Below, piece after piece: positions 19,666 to 30,136 of a stretch of DNA of 60,747 nucleotides. This DNA comes from Enterobacteria phage JenK1. The notes under the pieces were generated by a model. It worked only from the letters and a program-made list of their open reading frames with translations, was not told the origin of the DNA and made no database searches. The position numbers and the translations under genes are program-made. The stretch lies in the sequence record NC_029021.1; one strand, 5' to 3'. Each line of letters begins with the position of its first letter. The first letter of the stretch is position 1.

Positions 19666-22600
19666 ATGGCAATTCGTTTACATGGTATTTTAGTTGATGG
19701 ATTGAATAAACCAATCGTCAATGCAAACGTCTTCTTACTTGCACGAAGCAATACTATTGTAGTTCTAGGTGGAAGTAAAGCGGTATTTAAGACCGATTCA
19801 CAAGGTGCTTACGACGTCACAGTGAACACCGGGCATTATGTGGTTATCATTGGACCAGAAGGTAAGGAACCATATAAAGCGGGTGACATTGTAATCTATG
19901 CAGATAGCCAGAACGGTTCACTTAACGCATATCTTACTAAATGGGCTCCAGAAGAAACCACACCTGAAATACTTCAGGAAATAAAGCAACTGGTGGCTAA
20001 CTCTGAGCAATTTGCATTGCAGGCGTCTGAATCTGCTGCTAATGCTAAGAAGAGTGAGCTTAACGCGGAGACAAGTAAAAACTCTGCTGCAACGGACGCA
20101 GCGTCAGCTCTGCTGTCAAAACAGGAATCTGCTGCTAGTGCGTCTTCCGCATTGCAATCCAAGAACGCTGCGGCTGGTTCTGCTACATCAGCTCAACAAG
20201 CTCTTACTGCTGTGCAAGGACTCAAAGCTGAAGTTCAGCAATTAAAAACCGACACGCAGCATATTAAAGAAGAGGGCGTCGCTGAAGTAACAGCTCTCAA
20301 AAATGCTGCAACTACTGCGGCTAACAATGCTAAAGCATCAGAAACTGCATCTGCTAATAATGCGACTTTGGCTGATACTAAAGCAAAGGAAGCGTCTGCA
20401 AGTGCAACCACTGCCAATCAAGCGAAAGTAGCTGCTGAGGCAGCAAAGGCCGCATCCGAAGCAAGCGCAGTTGAGTCCGCTACTTCTGCTGGTAAATCGC
20501 AGACCGCAGCTAATGCAGCTAAGGCAAGCGAGACGGTTGCAACACAGAAGGCAGCTTCGGCCTCTACGTCTGAAACTAATGCGGCAGCTTCCGCTCAGAC
20601 TGCGACTAGCAAAGCTGGTGAGTCTGCCGCTAGTGCTACCGCAGCTAAGGCAAGCGAAACTAATGCTAAGACTTCAGAAACTAATGCTGGTACATCAGCT
20701 GGAAGATCTGAGTCTGCTGCTTTACGCTCAGAAGCTGCTGCCCAACGTGCGGAAGACATCGCTGATGCAATTGGTCTTGAAGACGCAACTTTGACTGTCA
20801 AAGGTATCGTTCGTCTTAGCAATGATACTAACAGCACTGCTGAGAACCTGGCAGCTACACCAAAAGCTGTTAAAACAGTCATGGACGTTGTTAATACTAA
20901 AGCTCCGTCAAGCAGTCCTGTTCTAACTGGTGTACCAACGGCACCAACTCCAGCACCTGAAGTCAATAACAATCAAATTGCTACAACTCAGTTTGTACAC
21001 CAAATTATAAGCGCACTGATTGGTGATGCACCAGGCGCTTTAAACACTCTGAAGGAGTTAGCTGACGCTCTTGGCGGTGATCCGAATTTTGCAACGACGA
21101 TAACCACACTTATTAACAGTAAGTTGGCTAAAGATCAGAACGGTGCTGACATTCCTAATAAGCAATTGTTCATTGATAACGTTGGTCTACGCGAGACTGT
21201 CAACTTAGCTCTCGGTGCATTGAAGAAGAACCAAAACGGTGCGGATATACCGGACAAAGGTGTCTTCCTTAATAACATCAATGCTGCCAGCAAGACGGAT
21301 ATGGCCGCTAAGAAAGGCATGAAATATACTGTGGTCAATGCCCCAGCGGGGGTTGAAGCAGGTAAGTTTTATCCTGTTGCGATTCGTCGTTCTTCTGGAT
21401 TCAGCAGTGAATTAGCATCCAGGGTGACAATAAGTACAGGTTCAAGAACGGGAAACCATAGGCTGAACAACTGCGAGTTCAATGGTTTTGTTATGACTGG
21501 TGGTTGGACTGACAGGGGACGTTATGCTTATGGAATGTTCCACGCATATACTGCAAATGAACGTGCTATTCATTCCATTCTGATGAGTAATAAAGATGAT
21601 GATCTGTGCTCTGTGTTCTATGTCGAAGGTGAAGCGTTCCCTATTTCTGTATATGTAGAAGAAGGTTTATCTGTTGTTGTACCATCTGCCGACTATGTTG
21701 TCGGACAAACGACTTACAAATGGGGTGCTACAGACCCTAGAACAGAATGCGTGGCCACTGATACTGTACTTGATTTCTCCAATGGTAGAGGATTCTATAG
21801 TTCTCACGCTCTCCTCACAAATGTAGATATTAGTGGTGCCAGAATCTACGCTAACGGTGAAATCGTAGCTCGTGGTGAGAATCAAGTCCGCATGATTGGT
21901 GGAGACTATGGTGCATTATGGCGCAATGACGGTGCCAAGACCTATCTCTTATTTACCGCTAAAGGCGATCAATACGGTGGTTGGAACGATTTAAGACCAT
22001 TTATGATTGATAACGCTACCGGTGAGTTTACCATTGGTACTAAATTGAACGCCGGTCAAGGTGTGAATGGTAACGCATCCAGTGCTACTAAGTTACAAAC
22101 AGCGCGTAAGATTGGTGGCGCCTCGTTCGACGGTACTGCTGACGTCAATCTTCCAGGTGTTAACATTCAGGGTAATCAGAACACAACTGGTAATGCGGCA
22201 ACTGCTACCAAACTACAGACAGCACGTAGGATTGCCAATGTACCTTTTGATGGTAGTGGTGATATATCAATTCCACCTAGAAATGTGAATGCGTTTGCGT
22301 TAGGACTGACAGGTAGTATTAGTGTAGAAGATGATATAGATAACAACAGCGTTCCGTGGAATGCTATATCTGGTGTCTATAACCATCAGAGAAGGGGTAG
22401 CTCGGATCTTGTAGTTCACTTTTATCAACATACTGGTTCAACTCCTGCTTTACAGATAAGAGGTAACTATAAGAATGGTGGTATTTGGTATCGTACAGCG
22501 CGTGATGGCTATGGTTTCGAAGAAGATTGGGATCAAATTTACACTAAAAAGAACCCACCTCCTGTGGGTGAAACCTTACCTGTAGGTGTTCCATTACCGT

Positions 22601-23328
22601 GGCCTACAGATACACCACCGTCCGGTTATATTGTAATGCAGGGTCAACCCTTCGATAAAGCTGCATACCCGAAACTGGCTGCTGTATACCCAACGGGTGT
22701 ACTTCCAGATATGCGTGGTCAAACTATCAAAGGTAAACCAGCAAGCGGTCGTGACGTACTTTCTACAGAAGCTGATGGTGTGAAATCACATACTCACACT
22801 GCGTCTACTGCATCTGTCGATCTTGGAAGCAAGACAACTTCTAGCTTTGATTATGGTACTAAAGGGACAAGTAGTTTCGACTACGGTACTAAGACGAGTA
22901 ATAATACTGGTGCGCATACACATGGTATTAGCGGAACAGCAAATAGTGCAGGTGGGCACCAACACCAGAGTTCTGGACCATATGCGAATTCTAGTGATAG
23001 TGATCTCTTTCCTAACGGTTATACCCAGGTTTCAGCCACAAACAAACCAGTTGTACCACGGCAAGGTGGCGCAGGTATGACCCGTGTATCAGGGAAGACA
23101 TCATCAGATGGTGCTCATACCCACTCGCTGTCCGGTAGTGCCGCAAGCGCAGGTGCTCACGCACACACTGTTGGTATTGGCGCGCATACGCACTCAGTCG
23201 GTATTGGTGCTCATAGTCATACAGTCGCTTTAGGTTCGCACAGCCACGGTGTTACAGTTAACGCAACTGGTAACACAGAAAACACTGTTAAGAACGTTGC
23301 ATTCAACTATATTGTGAGGGCTGCTTAA
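19666..23328 (+). CDS. stf: side tail fibre protein (lambda Stf-like)
   Basis: 1220 aa; N-terminal domain, long Ala/Ser/Thr-rich repeat region, and C-terminal GAHxH repeats ending [16 protein letters not shown], which matches the lambda Stf C-terminus as recalled. Confidence 0.85.
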   Translation: MAIRLHGILVDGLNKPIVNANVFLLARSNTIVVLGGSKAVFKTDSQGAYDVTVNTGHYVVIIGPEGKEPYKAGDIVIYADSQNGSLNAYLTKWAPEETTPEILQEIKQLVANSEQFALQASESAANAKKSELNAETSKNSAATDAASALLSKQESAASASSALQSKNAAAGSATSAQQALTAVQGLKAEVQQLKTDTQHIKEEGVAEVTALKNAATTAANNAKASETASANNATLADTKAKEASASATTANQAKVAAEAAKAASEASAVESATSAGKSQTAANAAKASETVATQKAASASTSETNAAASAQTATSKAGESAASATAAKASETNAKTSETNAGTSAGRSESAALRSEAAAQRAEDIADAIGLEDATLTVKGIVRLSNDTNSTAENLAATPKAVKTVMDVVNTKAPSSSPVLTGVPTAPTPAPEVNNNQIATTQFVHQIISALIGDAPGALNTLKELADALGGDPNFATTITTLINSKLAKDQNGADIPNKQLFIDNVGLRETVNLALGALKKNQNGADIPDKGVFLNNINAASKTDMAAKKGMKYTVVNAPAGVEAGKFYPVAIRRSSGFSSELASRVTISTGSRTGNHRLNNCEFNGFVMTGGWTDRGRYAYGMFHAYTANERAIHSILMSNKDDDLCSVFYVEGEAFPISVYVEEGLSVVVPSADYVVGQTTYKWGATDPRTECVATDTVLDFSNGRGFYSSHALLTNVDISGARIYANGEIVARGENQVRMIGGDYGALWRNDGAKTYLLFTAKGDQYGGWNDLRPFMIDNATGEFTIGTKLNAGQGVNGNASSATKLQTARKIGGASFDGTADVNLPGVNIQGNQNTTGNAATATKLQTARRIANVPFDGSGDISIPPRNVNAFALGLTGSISVEDDIDNNSVPWNAISGVYNHQRRGSSDLVVHFYQHTGSTPALQIRGNYKNGGIWYRTARDGYGFEEDWDQIYTKKNPPPVGETLPVGVPLPWPTDTPPSGYIVMQGQPFDKAAYPKLAAVYPTGVLPDMRGQTIKGKPASGRDVLSTEADGVKSHTHTASTASVDLGSKTTSSFDYGTKGTSSFDYGTKTSNNTGAHTHGISGTANSAGGHQHQSSGPYANSSDSDLFPNGYTQVSATNKPVVPRQGGAGMTRVSGKTSSDGAHTHSLSGSAASAGAHAHTVGIGAHTHSVGIGAHSHTVALGSHSHGVTVNATGNTENTVKNVAFNYIVRAA

Positions 23329-23905
23329 TGTCTTTTGAAATGAGTAATGAAGACCAGACTGTAACTGTGTACGACTACTCCAATGATACGGGCGAATATG
23401 TGGGAACCCGTGAAGCGTATGTGGTGGCCAACACAGGTCTTCCAGCATGTTGTACTGATATGGAGCCTCCAGTGGCTCCAGAAAATCATGTGGCGATTTT
23501 TAAAATAGACAGCGAAGTATGGATTTTGCGTGAGGACCATCGAGGGAAAGTCGTATACGATAAAAATACAGGACTTCCTTTAGTGATAACCACAATTGGA
23601 TCACTCCGGATAATGTGACCTATATCGCTCCCAACGGCGAGTATATGAAGTGGAACGGCGATATGTGGGTGGACGACCCGGATGCACAACGTGCTAAGTT
23701 GGTTGCGGATGCAACACAACATAAAACAGATCTTCTTAATTTAGCAGATTATAAAATCAGTATTCTGCAAGATGCTGTGACTTATAATCTAGCTACTGAC
23801 GAAGAAAGTTCGATGTTGGAATCGTGGAGAAAGTTTCGTGTACTTGTGAACCGCATAAACGAAAACGATCCACAGAATATTATCTGGCCTGAGTCTCCAG
23901 AATAA
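23328..23905 (+). pseudogene. tfa: tail fibre assembly protein gene (tfa) split by a frameshift at about 23604-23606
   Basis: ORFs 23328-23618 and 23615-23905 together align colinearly with lambda Tfa as recalled; continuity is restored by a -1 shift after CTC at 23604-23606. Confidence 0.6.
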
Positions 23906-23944
23906 TACCTGTCGTAGTGACCTCCATTAGCTTGATATAAATAA

Positions 23945-23987
23945 TTATCCGCTGTAAGTCCAACGACCAGCGGATAATTTTTATTTT
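23945..23987 (+). terminator. intrinsic terminator after tail fibre module
   Basis: 10-bp stem ttatccgctg / cagcggataa, 13-nt loop, then TTTTTATTTT. Confidence 0.7.
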
Positions 23988-24099
23988 CAATATTTACAAA
24001 TCATTTTTACGCTTTACCTTGTGATTCCCCACTTTTGCTATATGCTTGCTCTGTAACGTAAGAGTTACATCAATTTAACAATCTAAATGGGGAATCCAT

Positions 24100-24813
24100 A
24101 TGTCTGACATGACTCTTATTCCGGGCGGTTTGGGTGGCGGTTTCGGTGGTGAAGCTGGCGCAGCGGCCGTTGGCGGTGGTATCGGTGGCTTAATCGGTTC
24201 GTGGATCGGAAATGGTTGGGGTGGCAATGTCGGTTGGGGTGGTCGCGGCGGTTGGGGTGGTGGTGTCGGTGAAGTCCAGGCTTCCGTAGATACTAACGCA
24301 ATTCTGCAAGCCATCAATAACGGCAACCTGCAAAACATCCAGGGCCAGAACGGTACTAACCTGACTGTCGAACGTTCTGCGGCGTCCACCTTCAACGGTA
24401 TTACTCAACAGAACACTCAGAACATGCTGGCTTCCGTTCAGGGCTTTGCTGGTCTGAACACTGAAATTCGCACTGGTACAGCGTCTGTCGTAGCTGCTGT
24501 CAATGCTGCGGATGTAAACGCGTTGAACCGTTCCTTCCAGGCTCAGTTAGCTGCTCAGGAATGTTGCTGCGAGACCAACCTGAACATCGAACGTCAAGCG
24601 AACGAAACCCGTGGCCTGATCCGCGATCAGTTTGCTCAGTCTCAGGCTGTTCTGATCTGTGATCTGAAATCTCAGTTGCAGGAAGCTCGCTTTGCGAACT
24701 CCCAGCTTCATCAGACCGCTCAGATCGATTGTAAGATCAATCAGGTTGCACAGCTCGTTAACTTCAAACTGCCAACCCCTCCGACTCCGCCGACTGGTTG
24801 TTGTGGTTGCTAA
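24100..24813 (+). CDS. Gly-rich N-terminal / Cys-containing hypothetical protein
   Basis: 237 aa; N-terminal 60 aa dominated by GG/GW repeats, Q/N-rich middle, CCC and C-terminal GCCGC; strong host-like codon bias; bracketed by terminators. Confidence 0.6.
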   Translation: MSDMTLIPGGLGGGFGGEAGAAAVGGGIGGLIGSWIGNGWGGNVGWGGRGGWGGGVGEVQASVDTNAILQAINNGNLQNIQGQNGTNLTVERSAASTFNGITQQNTQNMLASVQGFAGLNTEIRTGTASVVAAVNAADVNALNRSFQAQLAAQECCCETNLNIERQANETRGLIRDQFAQSQAVLICDLKSQLQEARFANSQLHQTAQIDCKINQVAQLVNFKLPTPPTPPTGCCGC

Positions 24814-24834
24814 GATCCTAAAGTGTGGTCAACT

Positions 24835-24858
24835 AAACGCCTCTCACGGGGCGTTTTT
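24835..24858 (+). terminator. intrinsic terminator
   Basis: Stem aaacgcc / ggcgttt with 8-nt loop, followed by TTTTT. Confidence 0.5.
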
Positions 24859-24875
24859 AAAAAGAGGTCAGACAT

Positions 24876-25241
24876 ATGGGTCACATTAAATTAGCAACAC
24901 TTGCGTTACCACATATCCGTCTTCCAATGATTGCTTTACCGCATCTGGTTTACAAGACGGGTGAGCACCATACAGAGGAGCATCACGAACATGATAAACT
25001 TCATGCTAGAGATCATGAATCTATGGCAGTTATGGAATATGTGCATGAGCGGATGGAACAACCTCCGTCAACTTGGGCGGCGTACAGTAGCAAGTCCGGC
25101 GGTATGATGTCAATTGTCGAAATGGAGTATCGTGAACTGATGGAAAAGAAAGCTGAAGGTTCACATACTGGTGTAGAAAAAGAACTAACTGATCTTGCTG
25201 CCGCTTGTATTTGTGCGCTCAAGAAAATGAAAGCGAAGTAA
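24876..25241 (+). CDS. His/Glu-rich hypothetical protein (possible MazG-like NTP pyrophosphohydrolase)
   Basis: 121-aa ORF with E/H/D-rich helix-like segment; assignment weak. Confidence 0.35.
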   Translation: MGHIKLATLALPHIRLPMIALPHLVYKTGEHHTEEHHEHDKLHARDHESMAVMEYVHERMEQPPSTWAAYSSKSGGMMSIVEMEYRELMEKKAEGSHTGVEKELTDLAAACICALKKMKAK

Positions 25242-25257
25242 AAGATAGGAAGCCGAC

Positions 25258-25806
25258 ATGCAGAACATAAACAATGGTATGGGCGTTACTCAATTCAATG
25301 GTATGAAACCGAAAAGCTCCATCAGCGTTGGCGGCGTTGAATGGGCGTTACGTCGGGACGCTACCGATTCAACGACTGCGTTTCCGCACCAAAAGGTCAG
25401 CTGGCTAAATGCTGGTTGCGAACCTATGGCAGATGGTCGGGTTCATTATTGTTGGATAATGGGTGTGATACCACCAACGCCAGGTACTATCGAACGTCCA
25501 GTGAATGTGATGTATGTTGGCTTCCACCAGTTTAAGATCACAATAGCTCCGAACTCCATTAGCCAATCCGATCTCGATCGTATGCACGTATATGTGAGCG
25601 ATAACTCTGACTTTGCAGGTGAATTCGTAAGTAAGTTCTTAGGGCTGGAACCCGCGCAGCCTGTAGAATCCCGTGAGAGCATTAGCCCATGGCCACCAAC
25701 GATAGATCAGAGCGTGTTACACGCGAAACCGCAGACTCCAGAACCTCAGGCGCAACCACAACCGCAAACTGTGGTCAAGCCAGAGCAGAAAGGTGAAGTT
25801 AAATGA
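25258..25806 (+). CDS. hypothetical protein
   Basis: 182-aa ORF with Pro/Gln-rich C-terminus. Confidence 0.5.
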   Translation: MQNINNGMGVTQFNGMKPKSSISVGGVEWALRRDATDSTTAFPHQKVSWLNAGCEPMADGRVHYCWIMGVIPPTPGTIERPVNVMYVGFHQFKITIAPNSISQSDLDRMHVYVSDNSDFAGEFVSKFLGLEPAQPVESRESISPWPPTIDQSVLHAKPQTPEPQAQPQPQTVVKPEQKGEVK

Positions 25807-26072
25807 CGAAGAACGAAGGTATTGATAAAGTAGTTCAGCAACTGGCAATACGTGCCCATGTTGTAGTAGACGAAGGTCATTCCGAATTAGACATCCTAAA
25901 GTCCGCTTTCAATGACTTCAAATCCATGGGTTCTTTAACTGGTATTATGTCAGTGATGAGCTCAGGTAAATTAACTCAGCAACAAGTTGATGTTGCACAA
26001 CGTATTGCTGTAAAGGTCTTGGCTGTGCTAGGCATCCAAGAATCAAATAAAAAACAAAAAAAAGAAGAATAA
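25803..26072 (+). CDS. hypothetical protein
   Basis: 89-aa ORF; ATGA overlap with upstream gene. Confidence 0.45.
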   Translation: MTKNEGIDKVVQQLAIRAHVVVDEGHSELDILKSAFNDFKSMGSLTGIMSVMSSGKLTQQQVDVAQRIAVKVLAVLGIQESNKKQKKEE

Positions 26073-26108
26073 GCAGAGGCAACGTGCGGTATTTTGGGGC
26101 ATTTTATT

Positions 26109-26144
26109 GTGGGCCAGTATAAACGTATTGGCCCACTTTTTATT
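26109..26144. terminator. terminator at convergent junction of plus late genes and minus replication operon
   Basis: 8-bp stem gtgggcca / tggcccac, 12-nt loop, then TTTTTATT on plus strand. Confidence 0.55.
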
Positions 26145-28116
26145 AAGCGGCGTATGCGAGTTTTTCCAGCAATTTTTCCGCTTTAGCTATGTACACTTCG
26201 TGGTTGAGATCTGGCGGTAATTGGTCAGTGAGTTCCATCATTGGTTTACCCCCTGCTGTCTTACCAACACGACCTCCACTCTTGACTATTAGTATTTCAG
26301 GTACTTCTTCTTTTGTATAGTACCAGCGAACAACCTTACCTAACGGCTCACTATTCCACGCAGCTCCACCATTAGCTGTCTTGATACAAACAAACTTACG
26401 AATATCCTGACACTCTGTGATAGTTTTGGCAATTGGTGTACCGTCACGAAGCAGATTAACAACTGCATCCATAATGATCTCACCTTCTGCGTTTTTAGCA
26501 AGACCTGTCTCAGCGAACCAACCTTTACGCTTGGCTTTACCATCCGCTTTGATTGCAACGTAGTTGTTAACGTTTGCAGAGTTAAGGCGCAGGTACTGGT
26601 TCAACTCCATTTCAAAGCCAGTTGTCTCTTCCCACCACTTAATGATATCTGTCATTAATTGCTTCTTAGCTTTGCAAGGTTTAATAACAATACCGTCCGT
26701 GTTAGCACTGACGACCTGAATACCGTTAAGCTCCAGTGTTTCAATGAGCATAAGCAAAGCCAACTGGCCTGTCAATGTGGTCTGAATAATAAGGTGCGGT
26801 GCATACAGAATAGAGAACGGTGAACCGAACTTACCATAAGAACCGTTAATAACGATCTTAAGAGTTTGTGCAGTCTTATCGTCATGAGCCATCTTAGCTG
26901 CAATACGTCGTTCTACGATCTTAACAAAGATATCTATAAAGCGCGGGCCCAGGTGCTCAGGATACAGTTGCTGGTTAATGATACAGATTGGGTAGTATGA
27001 CGTTACGTCAGCATCCCACATCTCTTCATCTTCAGATGGTACAATCTCCATTAACTCTTCGCAGGAGTGCAGACCACCGATACCCATGTTGTAGGTTGTC
27101 TGATTGATTGTAAACTTCAAAGAGTTCATTGTAGATGGTTGCTTAATTTTACCATCTTCTGCAACTCGGAAGTAACTATCAAGCACAACCTGAAATACAG
27201 ACTTCATTAGTGGAGTTTGGAAACCTAACCACACTGGAGGATTGTACCTAAAGGTTCTGCCAACTTCCACCATTCCCTTCTGTGGTACGAAGCCCAGCAT
27301 TTCCTTCATTTCGTGACGGATTACAGCTTCTGCAATCTGTGCATCGGATTTAGAGCGAAGGTCCACTTTATACTCTTCACTCATAATCTCACGTAGATGG
27401 ATCTGTTCTTCCAGGGAGTTAAACAGAGCCATTGTTGTATCAAGGTCGTTAATACAGTAGAAGCGCACAATAGCGATCTGTTCTACGGATAACGCCCAAT
27501 GTGGTGGGAATGGTAAGTCCTGGAGCTTCTGCATGTGCATACGGCCACCATACAACTTCAGCGAACCGAAGCCAGGAGCTACCTCTTGAACGTCAATGTG
27601 GTCAATCCAAAACTGTTTTACACCAAAACTGTTAAGAATGTCCCACGGAGCCCACTCTTCCTGGATCATCCTGTCACTTGCTTCTTTCAGCTTGTCAACA
27701 GTTAAACCAGCAATGGCAAGGAATGTCATCGTATTATCGTAGTTTCTTGAGTTGAAACCAACAGTACGAAAGTTCTTCATTATCCATTCATATTTTTCCG
27801 TGTCGAGTGTCTGACCGGCAGTCATTTCTAGATAATAGACCTTACCGAACTTAACCCCTTTAAACGCCACAAGAAAATAGTTCTTGTAACATTCAATATC
27901 GTATACGAACGTTTCTTGCGCAAAATACATCTCCACTAATTCACCGTCTGTCATACGCGGATCATTAGCTGCAAAACGCATTGCTGCATCAAGACCTGGA
28001 AGGTAATCCGGGCGTTCCCATACCCTTTCAACTGGTTGACGTTTTACTTTCTGTTTCTTCTCTTTCTTAGCGGGAGGTAAATCCTCCCAAAAGAAACCAA
28101 TAGCATCTTTTCTCAT
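26143..28116 (-). CDS. DNA polymerase, family B, with 3'-5' exonuclease motifs
   Basis: 657 aa; Exo I YDIE, Exo III YCINDLD, motif A DVTSYYP, motif B KIVINGSYGKFG, motif C NTDG. Confidence 0.8.
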   Translation of the reverse strand: MRKDAIGFFWEDLPPAKKEKKQKVKRQPVERVWERPDYLPGLDAAMRFAANDPRMTDGELVEMYFAQETFVYDIECYKNYFLVAFKGVKFGKVYYLEMTAGQTLDTEKYEWIMKNFRTVGFNSRNYDNTMTFLAIAGLTVDKLKEASDRMIQEEWAPWDILNSFGVKQFWIDHIDVQEVAPGFGSLKLYGGRMHMQKLQDLPFPPHWALSVEQIAIVRFYCINDLDTTMALFNSLEEQIHLREIMSEEYKVDLRSKSDAQIAEAVIRHEMKEMLGFVPQKGMVEVGRTFRYNPPVWLGFQTPLMKSVFQVVLDSYFRVAEDGKIKQPSTMNSLKFTINQTTYNMGIGGLHSCEELMEIVPSEDEEMWDADVTSYYPICIINQQLYPEHLGPRFIDIFVKIVERRIAAKMAHDDKTAQTLKIVINGSYGKFGSPFSILYAPHLIIQTTLTGQLALLMLIETLELNGIQVVSANTDGIVIKPCKAKKQLMTDIIKWWEETTGFEMELNQYLRLNSANVNNYVAIKADGKAKRKGWFAETGLAKNAEGEIIMDAVVNLLRDGTPIAKTITECQDIRKFVCIKTANGGAAWNSEPLGKVVRWYYTKEEVPEILIVKSGGRVGKTAGGKPMMELTDQLPPDLNHEVYIAKAEKLLEKLAYAA

Positions 28117-29105
28117 AGACGAAATCCTACAATTACCCCACGTAGATTTTCACCATAAAAAATAATAGGAGTTGAAAGACCCCTTTCGTCCTTTTCATTG
28201 AAACGCGAGGCATCCCAGTCCGTTGCAAGTCCTTTCAACTGCATAATAAGATCTATATTATACACGCCAATTGACTTGGATTCACGGAACATTGCACTAG
28301 CACCATCCAACTCGTTGTAATGTGTGCGTACAACACCGTTTTCCATGTAAATACGCCCATCCCGCTCACAGAACGGTTTTATCTTTTCTAGGCAATTAAA
28401 AAGCTCAGTATCAAGCGTATAAACGTCGGACCCCTTTTCTGTGCGCTCAATTATCTTATCAATGTTAGGCCACTTTAATTCCAGCAATTGTGTACGCAAC
28501 CAGCAACCGTCTTCGTAGTGAAATGTCATACTGGTATCCGTACATTGAATTCTTACTGGTGGCTTTTTAATACGCAATAATTCTTTGATGGCCATACGTG
28601 GCACAACACAATCTACAGGGAATACAGCACCGAACCAATATTGTATAATACTAGCGTTGTTGGTCGCGTACATGCTGCCCTGTTTTACCAGCACGCCGCA
28701 AGACCACGGGCGGGAAGCATCGTCGCTTATAAATGGCGTTACGCGGCTTAAACCGTTGAGAAAAAGCTGACCGTCTATTTCGTGAATTGTTCCTTCTGGC
28801 TCTACGTGTGCAGTTGGTTTTTGAAGAGTATCCACACTAACCTTAAAGCCACCAGACTTAATGCTCAACTTACCGTTCGCCAACATTGTCATCTGTACAG
28901 CTTCATCACATGCTGCAATAGCTTTCAACATTGGTTCAGCTTTAGGTGTGCAGTCAATATTCAGCGGCACTGGACTACACAATGAAATAGTTCCGTTGAA
29001 CCCGCGCACAGTACCATCAACAATACGGAAGTGAGTTAAACCTTCCTGAAGTTCTTTCTTAGCTACAGAACCCTGAACAAACTTTAAAGCATCAAGTAAA
29101 TCCAT
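28113..29105 (-). CDS. hypothetical protein between DpdA and DNA polymerase
   Basis: 330-aa ORF, translationally coupled to polymerase; no motif recognised. Confidence 0.5.
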   Translation of the reverse strand: MDLLDALKFVQGSVAKKELQEGLTHFRIVDGTVRGFNGTISLCSPVPLNIDCTPKAEPMLKAIAACDEAVQMTMLANGKLSIKSGGFKVSVDTLQKPTAHVEPEGTIHEIDGQLFLNGLSRVTPFISDDASRPWSCGVLVKQGSMYATNNASIIQYWFGAVFPVDCVVPRMAIKELLRIKKPPVRIQCTDTSMTFHYEDGCWLRTQLLELKWPNIDKIIERTEKGSDVYTLDTELFNCLEKIKPFCERDGRIYMENGVVRTHYNELDGASAMFRESKSIGVYNIDLIMQLKGLATDWDASRFNEKDERGLSTPIIFYGENLRGVIVGFRL

Positions 29106-29113
29106 AAGTAACC

Positions 29114-30067
29114 TTATTCGTCAAATAAATCCTGGAGACGTTCGTTGAACTTCCCATTGTGGTTAGCAAGAATCATAGCGTTGACCACACCATACGCCCA
29201 TAAATTGTATGCAGCGCGTGATTCGTATATCGTTGAAAGTCGTTCGTATGTGAAACCTGACTCCTCTAAGTAGCGTAGAACGTTATTCTGTTCTATTTCT
29301 GAAAGGTTACAGATATGCTGTCCTTGATAATGGCGTGACGGGGACTTTTCGGATACCTGCATTGGGCCCCACTTAGGAGTTTCAATAGCACCAAACGCCG
29401 CAGATTGAATCCAGGAGGATGAGTCACAGGAGTACCACGGGTAACGCTCCATAAGCGGGCGGGACGTAATACCAAAGCCGTGGACTTTAATCTTAGCGCG
29501 TCCACTACCGTCTACAAGGTGTTTATCCCATACCCTGTCCAGCCATACCTGAAGTTGTTGTGTACTCGCTCCAACAAGACCACCGAGAGTGATATATTCA
29601 TAATTTCGCACATAATGGTCCAGGTATTCAAAAGGTTCACCGGCGTGGAAGCATGGTAAAGGTCTTACACCCCTGGCTTCCATCTCTTCCTGGTTGCGCC
29701 ACGTTTGAAGTGGATCTCCGATACCATCGAGTACAGAAGCCATAAGCGAACCATCTTCTACACGGATGATATCTATGTTTCGTTGGATGTAATCACAGTA
29801 TTCTTTAACCGATAACGTAACTCCCAAAGTGTAGGCTGAGAACGCCCCGGAGTCGAGGAATATCTTGGCCCCATCGGCACGCATGGCATCAACATAGGAT
29901 TGCTTTCCAACGTAGTGCCAGGATTCAAGAATGTTTGGAATATTCTCGACAACGCGTTTTTCTTGCTCGTTGAGTTTGACATAGCGGTTCATTCCTGGTT
30001 TATAGCTGTTCGTATATACGGCAGCCATATAAATCTGAAAGGTATAATCGATATCTTGTCTGTGCAT
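29114..30067 (-). CDS. dpdA: tRNA-guanine transglycosylase-like DNA 7-deazaguanine transglycosylase (DpdA-like)
   Basis: 317 aa; FLDSGAFS motif resembles the TGT DSGGFQ substrate-binding motif and YSCDSSSW resembles the catalytic Asp region; adjacent to the preQ0 pathway genes. Confidence 0.6.
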   Translation of the reverse strand: MHRQDIDYTFQIYMAAVYTNSYKPGMNRYVKLNEQEKRVVENIPNILESWHYVGKQSYVDAMRADGAKIFLDSGAFSAYTLGVTLSVKEYCDYIQRNIDIIRVEDGSLMASVLDGIGDPLQTWRNQEEMEARGVRPLPCFHAGEPFEYLDHYVRNYEYITLGGLVGASTQQLQVWLDRVWDKHLVDGSGRAKIKVHGFGITSRPLMERYPWYSCDSSSWIQSAAFGAIETPKWGPMQVSEKSPSRHYQGQHICNLSEIEQNNVLRYLEESGFTYERLSTIYESRAAYNLWAYGVVNAMILANHNGKFNERLQDLFDE

Positions 30068-30136
30068 TGTTCACCTAACAAATAAGCGCCCGTAGGCGCT
30101 TATTATATTAAAGATAATGTATGATTCGCAAATCAG

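Noticed and set aside
19974-20972. Several plus and minus ORFs (e.g. 20012-20245, 20471-20794, 20595-20972) inside the Stf-like gene
   Set aside because: They run through the Ala/Ser/Thr-rich codon repeat region of stf and have low-complexity translations; treated as frame artefacts.
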